This document shows positions 1 to 9,875 of a stretch of 64,000 nt of DNA, one piece after another (position 1 is the first letter of the stretch; each line of letters opens with the position of its first letter). The DNA is from Lysobacterales bacterium (GTDB lineage Bacteria; Pseudomonadota; Gammaproteobacteria; Xanthomonadales; Xanthomonadaceae): assembly GCA_038236935.1 (NCBI GenBank), contig JBBRZH010000003.1, forward strand, positions 18,227 to 82,226. The letters are read 5' to 3'. Made by a program: the position numbers and the translations under genes. The notes under the pieces are model-generated. The model was not told where the DNA came from and searched no databases. It saw only the letters and a program-made list of their open reading frames with translations.

Positions 1-2
1 TG

Positions 3-338
3 GCGCGGATCCAGGCCGTCCTTCGCCGGAGACGGGCGCCGGGCGATGGCCTGCAATTGATCCAGATCGACGATGCCGCCTGCACGGTGCGGATCCGCTC
101 GCGCCTGCTGGATTTGACGCCGACAGAATTCAGCCTGTTTGCTGCAATGGCAAAGCGGCCCGGGATGATCCACTCCCGGGCGCAACTGCTGGATACGGCC
201 CGTGGCGACAGTCTTGAAGTGAGCGACCGTGCGATCGACAGCCACATCAAGAACCTGCGCCGTAAAATCGCCGACGTCGCACCCGGCCTGGAGCTCATCC
301 ATTCGGTGTATGCGCTGGGCTACCGGGTCGATCTGTAG
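3..338 (+). CDS. OmpR/BaeR-family response regulator, C-terminal winged-helix part (5' truncated by the window edge)
   Basis: Frame is open from nt 3 (ARIQAVLRR...). LTPTEFSL, SRAQLLD, DRAIDSHIKNLRRK and SVYALGYR are OmpR DNA-binding motifs. Confidence 0.9.
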   Translation, partial: ARIQAVLRRRRAPGDGLQLIQIDDAACTVRIRSRLLDLTPTEFSLFAAMAKRPGMIHSRAQLLDTARGDSLEVSDRAIDSHIKNLRRKIADVAPGLELIHSVYALGYRVDL

Positions 339-425
339 CCGTCGCGACGGCTCCATGATGTCTCCACATTGTCCGACTACGTTGCGCTCGTCGAACACCG
401 ACGAATCCGATAACGAGGACATGAA

Positions 426-1526
426 ATGGACAGGCCGAGGAAAAATAAAACGTTGCGCATTGTTGCTGCAACCGGCGCAGGCGCGTTGTGTGCGGTTGGT
501 TTCGCGCTCTTCGCCATGCCGCAACACGATCAGGGGCCGCCGCAGAACGACATGACGGTCGACAAGGGCGTGAGCGAAGCCGTCATCCAGGCGGCGGTCT
601 CCAATCTCCGTCAAACCTATGTCTATCCTGACAAGGCGGCGGCACTGGATAGACAGTTGCATGCACAACTGCAGCATGGGGAATTCGATTCGGTGACCAG
701 CGCCAAGGCGCTGGCCAGCACGTTGACCGAATCGTTGCAACGCGACACGCACGACAAGCACCTGGAAGTGCAGTACTTCGAGAAGCCGCTACCGGAACAG
801 GCGCCCGGCGAGGATGACTCGCCTGCGGACAAAGCCGCGGAGCAGCTCAAGGAGCACCGATTCAACTATGGATTCGCGAACGTCGGCCGCCTGCACGGCG
901 ACATCGGCTACATCGAGATGCACCAGTTCGCGCGTCCACAGGGCTCGACCGAACGGATCGCCGCGGCGATGACGCTGCTGGCCGATACCAACGCCTTGAT
1001 CATCGACCTGCGGAAATGCGGTGGCGGCGATCCGGAAACAGTGATGTTGTTTGCCAGCTATCTCTACGACAAGCCGACGCATCTCAACGACATCTACTGG
1101 CGCGACGAGCAACGCACGGAACAACGCTGGACGACCGCTACCGTCCCGGGCAGGAGGTACGGCCAGGCGCGCCAGATATACGTGCTGACCAGCCAGGACA
1201 CTTTTTCGGCGTGCGAAGACCTCGCATATGCGTTGAAGAACAACAGTCGCGCCACGTTGGTGGGGGAGACGACCGGTGGCGGTGCGCACCCAGGCAAGCC
1301 GCACCGTCTCAGCGCGCACTTCATGATGTTCGTCCCGGATGGCCGCGCCATCAATCCGGTGACGCATACAGACTGGGAAGGTGTTGGCGTCGTCCCGAAC
1401 GTGAGCGTGCCGGCAGCCAAGGCACTCGATACCGCCCAGATCGCCATCCTGAAGCGCTTTGTCGCGACCGAAACCGACACTGAGTGGAAGGTGGGACTCG
1501 AACACACCATCGCCGACCTGGAGTGA
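426..1526 (+). CDS. S41 family peptidase (N-terminal membrane anchor)
   Basis: LIIDLRKCGGGDP, TFSACEDLAY and LVGETTGGGAHP are S41 motifs; hydrophobic N-terminus. Confidence 0.9.
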   Translation: MDRPRKNKTLRIVAATGAGALCAVGFALFAMPQHDQGPPQNDMTVDKGVSEAVIQAAVSNLRQTYVYPDKAAALDRQLHAQLQHGEFDSVTSAKALASTLTESLQRDTHDKHLEVQYFEKPLPEQAPGEDDSPADKAAEQLKEHRFNYGFANVGRLHGDIGYIEMHQFARPQGSTERIAAAMTLLADTNALIIDLRKCGGGDPETVMLFASYLYDKPTHLNDIYWRDEQRTEQRWTTATVPGRRYGQARQIYVLTSQDTFSACEDLAYALKNNSRATLVGETTGGGAHPGKPHRLSAHFMMFVPDGRAINPVTHTDWEGVGVVPNVSVPAAKALDTAQIAILKRFVATETDTEWKVGLEHTIADLE

Positions 1527-1561
1527 TGCAATAACGGGCATCCTACGTCCCCATGCTGGGC

Positions 1562-1823
1562 GCGGTTTGGCTCGAGGATGAGGCTCGGAGCCCCGACGTT
1601 GAGATGTTTTGACTCACCCGCGGGGATCGGAGCCCCGACCTTGGGATGTTTTGCCTCGACGTTGAGTCTCGAAGCCTCAACGATCAGGCGTTTTGTGTCA
1701 TCGCCCAGGCAAATTTCCCCGCAGTTCACATCGGTCAACCTCATCGATGGGTCTTCCAGTCTCATCGATGGGCCTCATGGCCTCATCGTTGAAGCGCCCA
1801 AGCTCATCGATGAGGCTTCCAGG
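1562..1823. repeat. Two oppositely oriented arrays of a degenerate 21-nt unit (6 units at 1562-1687 on minus, 4 units at 1740-1823 on plus)
   Basis: Units read directly, e.g. minus CTCAACGTCGGGGCTCCGAGC and CTGATCGTTGAGGCTTCGAGA; plus CTCATCGATGGGTCTTCCAGT and CTCATCGATGAGGCTTCCAGG. Confidence 0.8.
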
Positions 1824-1992
1824 CTGCCCGCGCAGGCCGTACGCCGCTATCCAAGCCTGGTGGACAACATGTGGGAGGCGCGCAACGTGGCGCGTGGCGA
1901 GTCGTCAGTCACCCTGGACGAGGACGAATGAGTCACGGAATCCGATCCCCGTCACCCACTCGCACCCATCGATTCGAAGACTTCGCGGCGTG

Positions 1993-3102
1993 CTAGGCGG
2001 CGACCGATTCCTCGAGGGTCGGATAGTCCGTATAGCCTTCGGCGCCACCGCCGTAGAACGTGGCCTGGTTCGGCTTGTTGAGTGACGCATCCTGGCGCAG
2101 GCGGGTCGGCAGGTCGGGATTGGCGAGGAAGGGCACGCCGAACGCCACCGCGTCCGCGCGGCCATCACGGATGACGTCGAGGGCCATCTGGCGGTCGTAG
2201 CCGTTGTTGACGATCCAAGCCCCAGAGAAGCGCGTGCGCAACGCGTCGAAGTCGAACGGTGCGATGTCGCGGTCACCGCCGGTGGCGCCTTCGATCATGT
2301 GGATGTAGGCGATGCCCAGCGCGTCCAGGCGCTCGACCGCACGTTCGAACAACGGCTGCGGATCGGAATCGGACAGGTCGCCGGCCGGGGTTACGGGGGA
2401 GAGACGCACGCCGACGCGGCCAGCGCCGATTTCTTCGACAACTTGCGCGACCACTTCGGCGAGGAAGCGTGTGCGGTTCTCGATGCTGCCGCCATACGCA
2501 TCCTGGCGATGGTTGGCGCCGTCGCGCAGGAACTGGTCGATCAGGTACCCATTGGCGCCGTGGATCTCGACACCGTCGAACCCGGCCTCGATGGCGTGGC
2601 GGGCGGCGGTGCGGAATGACGCGACCACCGTGGGAATTTCGTCCAGTCCCAGCGCGCGTGGCGGCGACACATCGACAAAACCATCGCGGGTGAAGGTTTT
2701 GCTGTTGGCGCGCAGCGCGCTGGGCGCGACTGGCTGCACGCCCTCGGGCAGCAGGCTGGTGTGCGAGATGCGCCCCACGTGCCACAACTGGGCCACGATG
2801 TGGCCGCCCTTGGCATGCACGGCGTCGGTGACTTCGCGCCAGCCGGCCACCTGCTCACGCGTGTAGAGGCCGGGCGTGTCGAGGTAGCCTTGGGCCTCCC
2901 GGCTGACCTGCGTGGCCTCGGTGATGATGAGCCCCGCACCCGCGCGCTGGCTGTAGTACTCGGCGGCCAGCGGCGAAGGGACGAGTCCGGCGCCGGCGCG
3001 ATTGCGTGTCAGCGGCGCCATCACCACGCGGTTGGTGAGCACGAGGTCGCCGAAACGGGCAGGCGAGAAGAGGGTGGTCACGCTCGGTGTTGGGGGAGAC
3101 AT
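1993..3102 (-). CDS. nemA: Old yellow enzyme / N-ethylmaleimide reductase-like alkene reductase
   Basis: VMAPLTRNRA, QLWHVGRISH, DGVEIHGANGYLIDQF and TFYGGGAEGYTDYP. Start placed at MSPPT (3102). Confidence 0.9.
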   Translation of the reverse strand: MSPPTPSVTTLFSPARFGDLVLTNRVVMAPLTRNRAGAGLVPSPLAAEYYSQRAGAGLIITEATQVSREAQGYLDTPGLYTREQVAGWREVTDAVHAKGGHIVAQLWHVGRISHTSLLPEGVQPVAPSALRANSKTFTRDGFVDVSPPRALGLDEIPTVVASFRTAARHAIEAGFDGVEIHGANGYLIDQFLRDGANHRQDAYGGSIENRTRFLAEVVAQVVEEIGAGRVGVRLSPVTPAGDLSDSDPQPLFERAVERLDALGIAYIHMIEGATGGDRDIAPFDFDALRTRFSGAWIVNNGYDRQMALDVIRDGRADAVAFGVPFLANPDLPTRLRQDASLNKPNQATFYGGGAEGYTDYPTLEESVAA

Positions 3103-3281
3103 GGGCGTCCTGGACGTCGGGGGAGAGGAGGCACGGTAGTGCGTGCACTTGCTGCACACAGTGAACTGGGGTCGCATCCGCGGGGATTGAGGCCCTCCAG
3201 CGCAACACTGCGTGCCAGCGTTGCCAGGAGGACAGAATTGGAGTCGAAAAAAGAACTTGCAGGTTGGGGAGAGCCAAAGGT

Positions 3282-3318
3282 GAAACCCATCGCTTGTGTC
3301 CAGCTTCCGATGGGTTTC
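3282..3318. terminator. Stem-loop downstream of the quinone oxidoreductase gene, possible terminator
   Basis: Perfect 11-bp arms GAAACCCATCG / CGATGGGTTTC; no strong U-tract. Confidence 0.4.
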
Positions 3319-3389
3319 GCTGCGCTCTAGCCATCCTGCTTGCGATCTGTTCCTGGCTTCCTAATCTGCCAGTCCGGCTGCGTCCCCGC

Positions 3390-4397
3390 TTACCACTCCA
3401 GCATGATCTTGCCGATGTGCTCGCTGCTTTCCATCAGCGCGTGGGCCTTGGCCGCGACGCGCGCCGGGAAGACCCGGTGGATCAGCGGTTTGACCTTGCC
3501 TGATTCCAGCAGCGGCCAGACGTGCTCATGCAGTTGCCTGGCCAGCGCGGCCTTGAACGCGATGGGGCGTGCGCGCAGCGTGGATCCGGTGAGGGTCAGC
3601 CGTCGGCGCATGATCAGCGACGCATCAATGTCGGCGAGCTTGCCGCCGAGCGTGGCGATGAATACCAGTCGGCCTTCGTCAGCCAGCAGTTCCATTTCGC
3701 GCGGGATGTAGTCGCCAGCGACCATGTCGAGGATCACGTCCACACCGCGGCCGTCGGTGTGCTGCTTCACTGCCTCGACGAAATCCTGCTCGTGGTAGTT
3801 GATGGCGTGCGCGCCCAGTTGTTCGCAGGCGGCGCATTTTTCCGCATTGCCCGCCGTGGCGAACACCGGGTGGCCGAAAGCATGCGCCAGCTGGATGGCG
3901 GTGACGCCAATCCCGCTGGAACCGCCCTGGACGAGCAGGGATTCGGGCGCGCCGCTCGCATTGGCCCCAAGTCGTCCGCGCTCGAACACGTTGCTCCACA
4001 CGGTGAAGTAGTTCTCCGGCAGCGCAGCGGCTTCGATCAGGCTCAGGGACTTGGGGGCCGGCAAGCACTGCACCAAAGGCGCAACGGCATACTCGGCATA
4101 TCCGCCGCCGGCAAGCAATGCGCAGGCCGCGTCGCCCAGCTTCAGGCCGAACGGGTTGTCGCCCGAGAAATCCCCTTCGATCAATGTACCGGCGACCTCC
4201 AGGCCGGGCAGGTCCGACGCGCCCGGCGGCGGCGCGTAATTACCCTGGCGCTGGAACACATCCGGTCGATTGACGCCGGACGCGGCGACCTTGATCAGCA
4301 CCTCTCCGGGCCCGGGTCGGGGGATGGGCCGCTCGGTCAAGTGCAGGACATCCGCTGCTCCGGGCTGGGTGATTTCAATCGCTTTCATGGTGGTCAT
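3390..4397 (-). CDS. NAD(P)H-quinone oxidoreductase, PIG3/zeta-crystallin family
   Basis: MKAIEIT, GVNRPDVFQRQGNY, PGLEVAG and QGGSSGIG. Start at 4397 or 4388. Confidence 0.92.
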   Translation of the reverse strand: MTTMKAIEITQPGAADVLHLTERPIPRPGPGEVLIKVAASGVNRPDVFQRQGNYAPPPGASDLPGLEVAGTLIEGDFSGDNPFGLKLGDAACALLAGGGYAEYAVAPLVQCLPAPKSLSLIEAAALPENYFTVWSNVFERGRLGANASGAPESLLVQGGSSGIGVTAIQLAHAFGHPVFATAGNAEKCAACEQLGAHAINYHEQDFVEAVKQHTDGRGVDVILDMVAGDYIPREMELLADEGRLVFIATLGGKLADIDASLIMRRRLTLTGSTLRARPIAFKAALARQLHEHVWPLLESGKVKPLIHRVFPARVAAKAHALMESSEHIGKIMLEW

Positions 4398-4578
4398 GCC
4401 AACTCCGTCAAGGCGTGTTTGAAGGGGTGAGGACATCTTCGTTACTACTGATTGCCTGCGCGGTTCCGCATCGCTCCTGAGGGATGCCGGCACTTGGATT
4501 TACCACCTGACGAAAATACAGTCCGGGGCAGGGCGTGGTTGTCTGTATAACGGATTGACTGTCAGAACCCGGTGACCC

Positions 4579-5580
4579 TTGGACAAGAACAGCATCATCC
4601 TGTGCGTGGACGATGATTCGACGGTGTTGAACGCGCTGCGCAGCATGCTGGCCAATCATTTCGGGTCGGAGGTGCAGGTGGAGTTCGCCGAAAGCGGACA
4701 GGAGGCCCTGGAGATCGAAGCCGAACTGCGCGCGCAGGGAAGCGAGCTGGGCCTGGTGATTTCGGACTTCATGATGCCGGGCCTGCGCGGTGATGAGCTG
4801 CTGGTGCAGCTGCATGAGCGGTCCCCGAATACCGTCAAGATCCTGCTCACCGGGCAAAGCGACATGTCCGGGGTCAAGCGCGCCATCAACGACGCCAACC
4901 TGTACCGCTTCCTGGAAAAACCATTCGTCAACGAGGATATCGTGCTGACCGTGCGCGCAGCCATCCGCGCCTATTGGCAGGAGCGCGACCTGATCCGCCA
5001 GAACGAAGAGCTGCGACGCATGAACGCCGAGCTCGAGGACGTCGTGGCCGCCCGCACAGAAGAGCTGGTGGAAAAGAACCGGCTGCTGGAAGTGTTGTCC
5101 ATCACCGACAAGCTGACCGGCCTGTACAACCGGCGCAAGCTCGACGAGTTGCTGGACGAGGAATTGATTCGCGCGCGTCGCTACAACGTGGATGTGTCGA
5201 TCATCATGCTCGACATCGACCATTTCAAACGCGTCAACGACACCCACGGGCACGGCGTTGGCGATGACGTGCTGGTCGGGATGGCGACGTTGCTCCGCGA
5301 GCACACGCGTGATGCCGACGCGCTGGGGCGACTGGGTGGCGAGGAGTTCGTGGTGGTGTGCCGGCACAGCAATGCCAGGGACTGCCTGGTCGCGGCCATG
5401 CAGCTGCGCGAGGCGATTGCCGCGCACCATTTTCCGGGCGTGGGCCAGGTGACATCGAGCCTTGGCATTGCCTCCTGCCGTCCCGACGACACGGCAGCCA
5501 CGTTGCTCGCCCGTGCCGATGCGGCGCTGTACCGGGCCAAGCATGCCGGCCGCAACCGCGTGGAGCCTGAATATGCTTGA
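4579..5580 (+). CDS. Receiver-domain diguanylate cyclase (REC-coiled coil-GGDEF)
   Basis: REC motifs LCVDDD and VISDFMMPG; GGEEF active site with RxxD I-site (RDAD) five residues upstream. Confidence 0.92.
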   Translation: MDKNSIILCVDDDSTVLNALRSMLANHFGSEVQVEFAESGQEALEIEAELRAQGSELGLVISDFMMPGLRGDELLVQLHERSPNTVKILLTGQSDMSGVKRAINDANLYRFLEKPFVNEDIVLTVRAAIRAYWQERDLIRQNEELRRMNAELEDVVAARTEELVEKNRLLEVLSITDKLTGLYNRRKLDELLDEELIRARRYNVDVSIIMLDIDHFKRVNDTHGHGVGDDVLVGMATLLREHTRDADALGRLGGEEFVVVCRHSNARDCLVAAMQLREAIAAHHFPGVGQVTSSLGIASCRPDDTAATLLARADAALYRAKHAGRNRVEPEYA

Positions 5581-7708
5581 TGAAACCGCCCGGCTCGTCG
5601 AGCGCATCAGCACGTTGGAAACAGAGTTGGCCGAACGCCGCCGCGCGGAGGAATTGCAGCGTGCGCTCTACCAGATCGCCGCGCTTTCAGTGGCCGACAG
5701 CCCGCAGCACGAACACTACGTGGAACTGCACCAGATCGTCGGCCGGCTGATGCATGCGAAAAATTTCATCATCGCGACCTACGATGCCGAGGAAGGCATG
5801 ATCCGCCAGCAATACCTGGTGGACGAAGATCCCAGCGAGGTGTTGGAAAACTTTCCCTTTGGCGAGGGTATCTCGTCGCTGGTGATCCGCAGCCGCCTGC
5901 CGTGGCTTCTCGATCATGCCTTGTTCCAATCGCTGGTGGACGCCGGGGAGATCCGTGCCCCCCGCGGCGTGGTGGATTTCAACAGCTGGATGGGCGCTCC
6001 GCTGATCGCCCAGGACACGGTGTACGGGCTGATCATCGTGCAGAGCTATAGCGCGGACGTGACGTACACGCAGGCCGACCTGGACCTGTTGAACTACGTA
6101 GCCAGCCACGTGGCCGCCATCGTCGCGCGCTGGCACTCGAACATCGTGCTCAAGCAGGCCAACGATGAGCTCGCCGCGTCGGCGGAAACGCTGCGCCTGC
6201 TGGGAGACATCGGCAAGGACTTGACCGGCAGCCTGGACGCGTTGGCCATCTGCAAGACGATGGAGCGTCATATCGCAGCGCTGCTGCCAATGGATGCCTT
6301 CGGCGTGGCGCTGCTGTCGCCTGCCGGAGATTCACTGGACTACGTCTATTACATCGAGGACGGAGTGGTGGATTCGGCCAATTCGTATCCACTGGACCAT
6401 CCCACGTCGCTCGCGGTGCTGACCTTTCGCGAGGATCGCGAGCTGACGCTGTTCAACGAATCGCAACTGGACAATGCCCCTACAGGAAACAACATTGAAG
6501 AGTCAGCGCCGATTCTCTCCGCGGTATTCCGCCCGCTGATCGCGAATGGCCGACGCATTGGCGTCGTCACGGTGCAAAGCCACCAGCCCGACGCGTACCA
6601 GGAGCGTGATCTGGAAGTATTCCGGTCGGCAACGACGTATGCGGCGATCGCGCTGGCCAACGCGGATGCTTACGCCACGGCAGAAGGGGCGCGCCAGCAG
6701 GCCGCGCAGGCGCTGCAGGATCTGCACCAGGCCGAAGCGCACCTGGTGCATTCGGAAAAGATGGCGGCGCTGGGCCAGCTGATTGCCGGCGTTGCGCATG
6801 AGATCAATACGCCGATCGGCGCAATCAAATCCAGTGGCCGGAATATTTCCGAAGCGCTCGACAGCGCCTTGCTGGATCTGCCCGGCTTGCTGGACGAACT
6901 CGACGCAGCGCATCGGCTGCACTTCAGCGAGCTGCTCAAGCGCGCCAGCCAGCCCAAGTCCGTGTTGAGCACGCGCGAGGAACGCGGCATCGTCCGCGAG
7001 GTCACCGAACGCCTGGAGGCACTTGGACTGGCGCAAGCGCGGCATCGCGCAGGCCTGCTGGTGCAATTGCAGTCCTACACCGACCTGGACGCAATGCTGC
7101 CCCTGCTGCGCCACCCGGCCATCGACCGCATCCTGGACACCGCGCACGGCATCGCCACCATCACCACCAACGCCGACAACATCACCACCGCCGTCGACCG
7201 GGTCGCCAAGATCATCTTCGCGCTGAAGTCCTTCTCGAGATTCGGCGGCGTGCAGGTATGGACGGAGTCGAACCTGCATGAAGGGCTGGAGACCGTATTG
7301 ACGATCTACCAGAACCAGATCAAGCACGGCATCGAACTGGTGCGACAGTTCGACGACCTGCCACCGGTACGTTGCCTGCCAGACGAGATCAACCAGGTAT
7401 GGACCAACCTGGTGCACAACGCGTTGCAGGCGATGGACCACAAGGGCACCCTGACGCTGGGCCTGCGCCGCGACGGCGACAATGCACTGGTGTCGGTGAC
7501 CGATACGGGCTGCGGCATGACGCCGGACGTGCGTGAGCGGATCTTCGATGCTTTCTTCACTACCAAGCCGGCAGGCGAGGGCACGGGGCTTGGCCTGGAT
7601 ATCGTGCGCAAGATCATTGAAAAACATGGCGGCGGGATTTTCGTGACGAGCGAGGTCGGCCGCGGCAGCACCTTCACCGTCAGTTTGCCAATCGCAGGAG
7701 TCGGATGA
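5573..7708 (+). CDS. Cytoplasmic GAF-GAF sensor histidine kinase
   Basis: Two GAF-like segments; H-box GVAHEINTP, N-box QVWTNLVHNALQAM, G-boxes DTGCG and GTGLGL. Start overlaps the upstream stop. Confidence 0.9.
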   Translation: MLDETARLVERISTLETELAERRRAEELQRALYQIAALSVADSPQHEHYVELHQIVGRLMHAKNFIIATYDAEEGMIRQQYLVDEDPSEVLENFPFGEGISSLVIRSRLPWLLDHALFQSLVDAGEIRAPRGVVDFNSWMGAPLIAQDTVYGLIIVQSYSADVTYTQADLDLLNYVASHVAAIVARWHSNIVLKQANDELAASAETLRLLGDIGKDLTGSLDALAICKTMERHIAALLPMDAFGVALLSPAGDSLDYVYYIEDGVVDSANSYPLDHPTSLAVLTFREDRELTLFNESQLDNAPTGNNIEESAPILSAVFRPLIANGRRIGVVTVQSHQPDAYQERDLEVFRSATTYAAIALANADAYATAEGARQQAAQALQDLHQAEAHLVHSEKMAALGQLIAGVAHEINTPIGAIKSSGRNISEALDSALLDLPGLLDELDAAHRLHFSELLKRASQPKSVLSTREERGIVREVTERLEALGLAQARHRAGLLVQLQSYTDLDAMLPLLRHPAIDRILDTAHGIATITTNADNITTAVDRVAKIIFALKSFSRFGGVQVWTESNLHEGLETVLTIYQNQIKHGIELVRQFDDLPPVRCLPDEINQVWTNLVHNALQAMDHKGTLTLGLRRDGDNALVSVTDTGCGMTPDVRERIFDAFFTTKPAGEGTGLGLDIVRKIIEKHGGGIFVTSEVGRGSTFTVSLPIAGVG

Positions 7709-8112
7709 TGGAAAAGGGCGTGTTGTTATGCGTTGACGACGAGATCATCGTGCTGACGGCCTTGAAGGACCAGTTGCGGCGCGCATTCGGCAGCGACTTC
7801 CACATCGACGTGGCCGAAAGCGCGGAAGAAGCGTTGGAGTTGCTCGACGAACTGGCGCTGGATGGCCACACGCTGCTGGTGATCGTGTCCGACTGGCTGA
7901 TGCCAGGGATGAAGGGCGACGAGTTCCTAATCAAGGCGCACGAACGCTTTCCATCGGTGGTGAAGATCATGCTGTCCGGCCAGGCCGAGACGGCGGCGGT
8001 GGACCGCGCACGACGCGAAGCGGCGCTGCATGATTTCCTGGCCAAGCCATGGAATGCCGAAGCCCTGGTGGAGTCGATCTCGCAGGGCCTGCGCAACGCG
8101 GGTGCAAAATAG
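7705..8112 (+). CDS. Single-domain response regulator
   Basis: LCVDDE, IVSDWLMPGMKG and FLAKPW; 4-nt overlap with the kinase gene. Confidence 0.9.
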   Translation: MMEKGVLLCVDDEIIVLTALKDQLRRAFGSDFHIDVAESAEEALELLDELALDGHTLLVIVSDWLMPGMKGDEFLIKAHERFPSVVKIMLSGQAETAAVDRARREAALHDFLAKPWNAEALVESISQGLRNAGAK

Positions 8113-8274
8113 AGCGTGGTCTCTCAGGCAGGCGTGCGGTCAGCGGTGCGCGTGGCTCTGGCGAAGCTGTGTTGCATCGCCGGTCGCAATGAGGCTCGCT
8201 GGCGCAAAACGGTTCGATGGGTGACCGCCGCTTCCCGGTAGCCGGCACCCATCGCATCTTTACGGAATCGCGGA

Positions 8275-8568
8275 CTACCGTCCCGGATGCTGGTCTTCCA
8301 AATCCCGTCGACTTGTGTCGTCCTGGATCCGCTTTACACGATGCCGGTACTCGCGCACGTTGTCGCCGTGGATGCGCGACTCCCGCGTGCCCTTCACTTC
8401 GTCGACCTTTTCGTCCGCATCAGAGCCTGTCACCGGCTTGGCGACAACGGAGGTTTCGTGCTCGAAGTCGTGCGATTTGTCAGTGTTTCGGTAATACCGG
8501 TACAAGGCCCAGTACAGACCGACTGCGCCGGCGGGGCCGAGCAGGAGGATGGCGCCACTGTCGCTCAT
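8275..8568 (-). CDS. Small membrane-anchored hypothetical protein (97 aa)
   Basis: MSDSGAILLLGPAGAVGLYWALYRYYRN...; ATGA overlap with the upstream Zn-ribbon gene. Confidence 0.7.
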   Translation of the reverse strand: MSDSGAILLLGPAGAVGLYWALYRYYRNTDKSHDFEHETSVVAKPVTGSDADEKVDEVKGTRESRIHGDNVREYRHRVKRIQDDTSRRDLEDQHPGR

Positions 8569-9857
8569 GACGAGTTCCCCACGATGAAGAGTGCAATGGT
8601 TTCCAGAATGGTGCCGGCGGTGAGCGCGGCCAGCAGCAACTTCCATTGCTGCACCGGCACGCTGCCCATGGTTTCGCCTGTGCGGCCGTTCACCGCGATG
8701 TAATGCAGAAGGCCTCCGTTGGGGCCGGGCTGGTGGTATGAATACAGCCATACCGGCAGGTACATCGACACCCAGCGCGTGCCGTGTACGCTCAGGCGTT
8801 CGGTCTCCCAGCGCACGCCACGGTCGTATCGGTCGACCGATTTCTGGACCTGCGCTCGGGCAATCGACAGCAGTTCGTCCTCCAAGTGAGGGCGGAGTTG
8901 CTCGACGTCCAGGTCGCGCTTCTCCGTGCTCAAGCCCGCGAGGTAGGAGGCGTTCCACTTCACCGCGTTCCTGGTGTCGAACGGCAGGATCGTGTTGATG
9001 ATGTTGTTGGTGTTGGTGCGCGTGTCCAGGTTGCCGCGGGCTTTGGAGGATTCCAGCGGCAGGTCGTCCACGGTGAAGTCGACGTGCCTTTCGACCTTGT
9101 AGACATCGGCGTCGTAGTACGTCTTCTTGTCGCTCGTGTACTGACGCGTCTCGATCTCGGCCTGGCCGGAAACGTCCGCGCTCGAGTTGCCGTCGACGAT
9201 CATGTAGGGCAGGTAGACGCCGACCACATTCTCGGGCGTGAACTGTTCCTTGAATGCTTTAAGTGCGAACAAGCGCCGCTTGTCGACGAACTGGCGAATG
9301 CGCGCAACCGCGTCATCCTTCCTGATGTGGAAGGGCAACACTGCATCGGGCACGGCGCCATTGGGGATCTGCTCGTTGACGCCGAAGACGTGCCGGCACC
9401 AGTGGCAACGCGCGGTCATCGCGTTTTCGGTATTGACCGTGACCTCGGCGCCGCAGCCGGGACACTTGAAAGTCATCATGCTGGCGGCATCGGCCGCGAT
9501 GTCCCGCGCACCGGACGCAATCACCGTACCCGTCAGCTGGTCGATGCCGATCCCAAGCCCGAATTCTTCCTCGACCCGCTCGCCTTGCCATTCGTGTCGA
9601 CAGTACTGGCACACCAGCAGGTCGCTGCCCGGTTTCTGCCGGATGTCGGTCGAGCCGCATTTCGGGCAGCGGTTGAGGCCGTCCTTCAGCTCCTCGGCCG
9701 ACGTATCGATGGCGACCGGGTCGGGCGCCAGCACTTCGTCGCGGATGGGCTTGGGCAGCGTGTCCGGGTCGATCGGGAAGCTGCCATGTGGGGGCGGCAC
9801 GTCCCGAGGCGATCCCGGGCCGGTGGGCGGCCCCGGCGGAGTATTGGCGTTCGACAT
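8565..9857 (-). CDS. Zinc-ribbon-containing membrane protein (YdjG-like)
   Basis: CPKCGS..CQYC and CPGCGA..CHWC pairs, VYLPY, YLPVW, AVNGRTGE, and a C-terminal TM helix. Confidence 0.85.
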   Translation of the reverse strand: MSNANTPPGPPTGPGSPRDVPPPHGSFPIDPDTLPKPIRDEVLAPDPVAIDTSAEELKDGLNRCPKCGSTDIRQKPGSDLLVCQYCRHEWQGERVEEEFGLGIGIDQLTGTVIASGARDIAADAASMMTFKCPGCGAEVTVNTENAMTARCHWCRHVFGVNEQIPNGAVPDAVLPFHIRKDDAVARIRQFVDKRRLFALKAFKEQFTPENVVGVYLPYMIVDGNSSADVSGQAEIETRQYTSDKKTYYDADVYKVERHVDFTVDDLPLESSKARGNLDTRTNTNNIINTILPFDTRNAVKWNASYLAGLSTEKRDLDVEQLRPHLEDELLSIARAQVQKSVDRYDRGVRWETERLSVHGTRWVSMYLPVWLYSYHQPGPNGGLLHYIAVNGRTGETMGSVPVQQWKLLLAALTAGTILETIALFIVGNSS

Positions 9858-9875
9858 GGTGGGTGCCTTCCGGGC

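Noticed and set aside
1562-1823. CRISPR array
   Set aside because: The units are contiguous and degenerate with no unique spacers, and there are no cas genes in the window.
1578-1931. 117-aa ORF as a real gene
   Set aside because: It is made mostly of the repeat arrays, with no recognisable domain or clear RBS. Left uncalled but not excluded.
6503-7627. Long antisense ORFs (also 9313-10974, 19323-20495, 3522-4430, 50000-51013, 60546-62033 and many more)
   Set aside because: They are shadows of well-supported genes in GC-rich DNA, with Arg/Ala/Pro-rich translations and no motifs.
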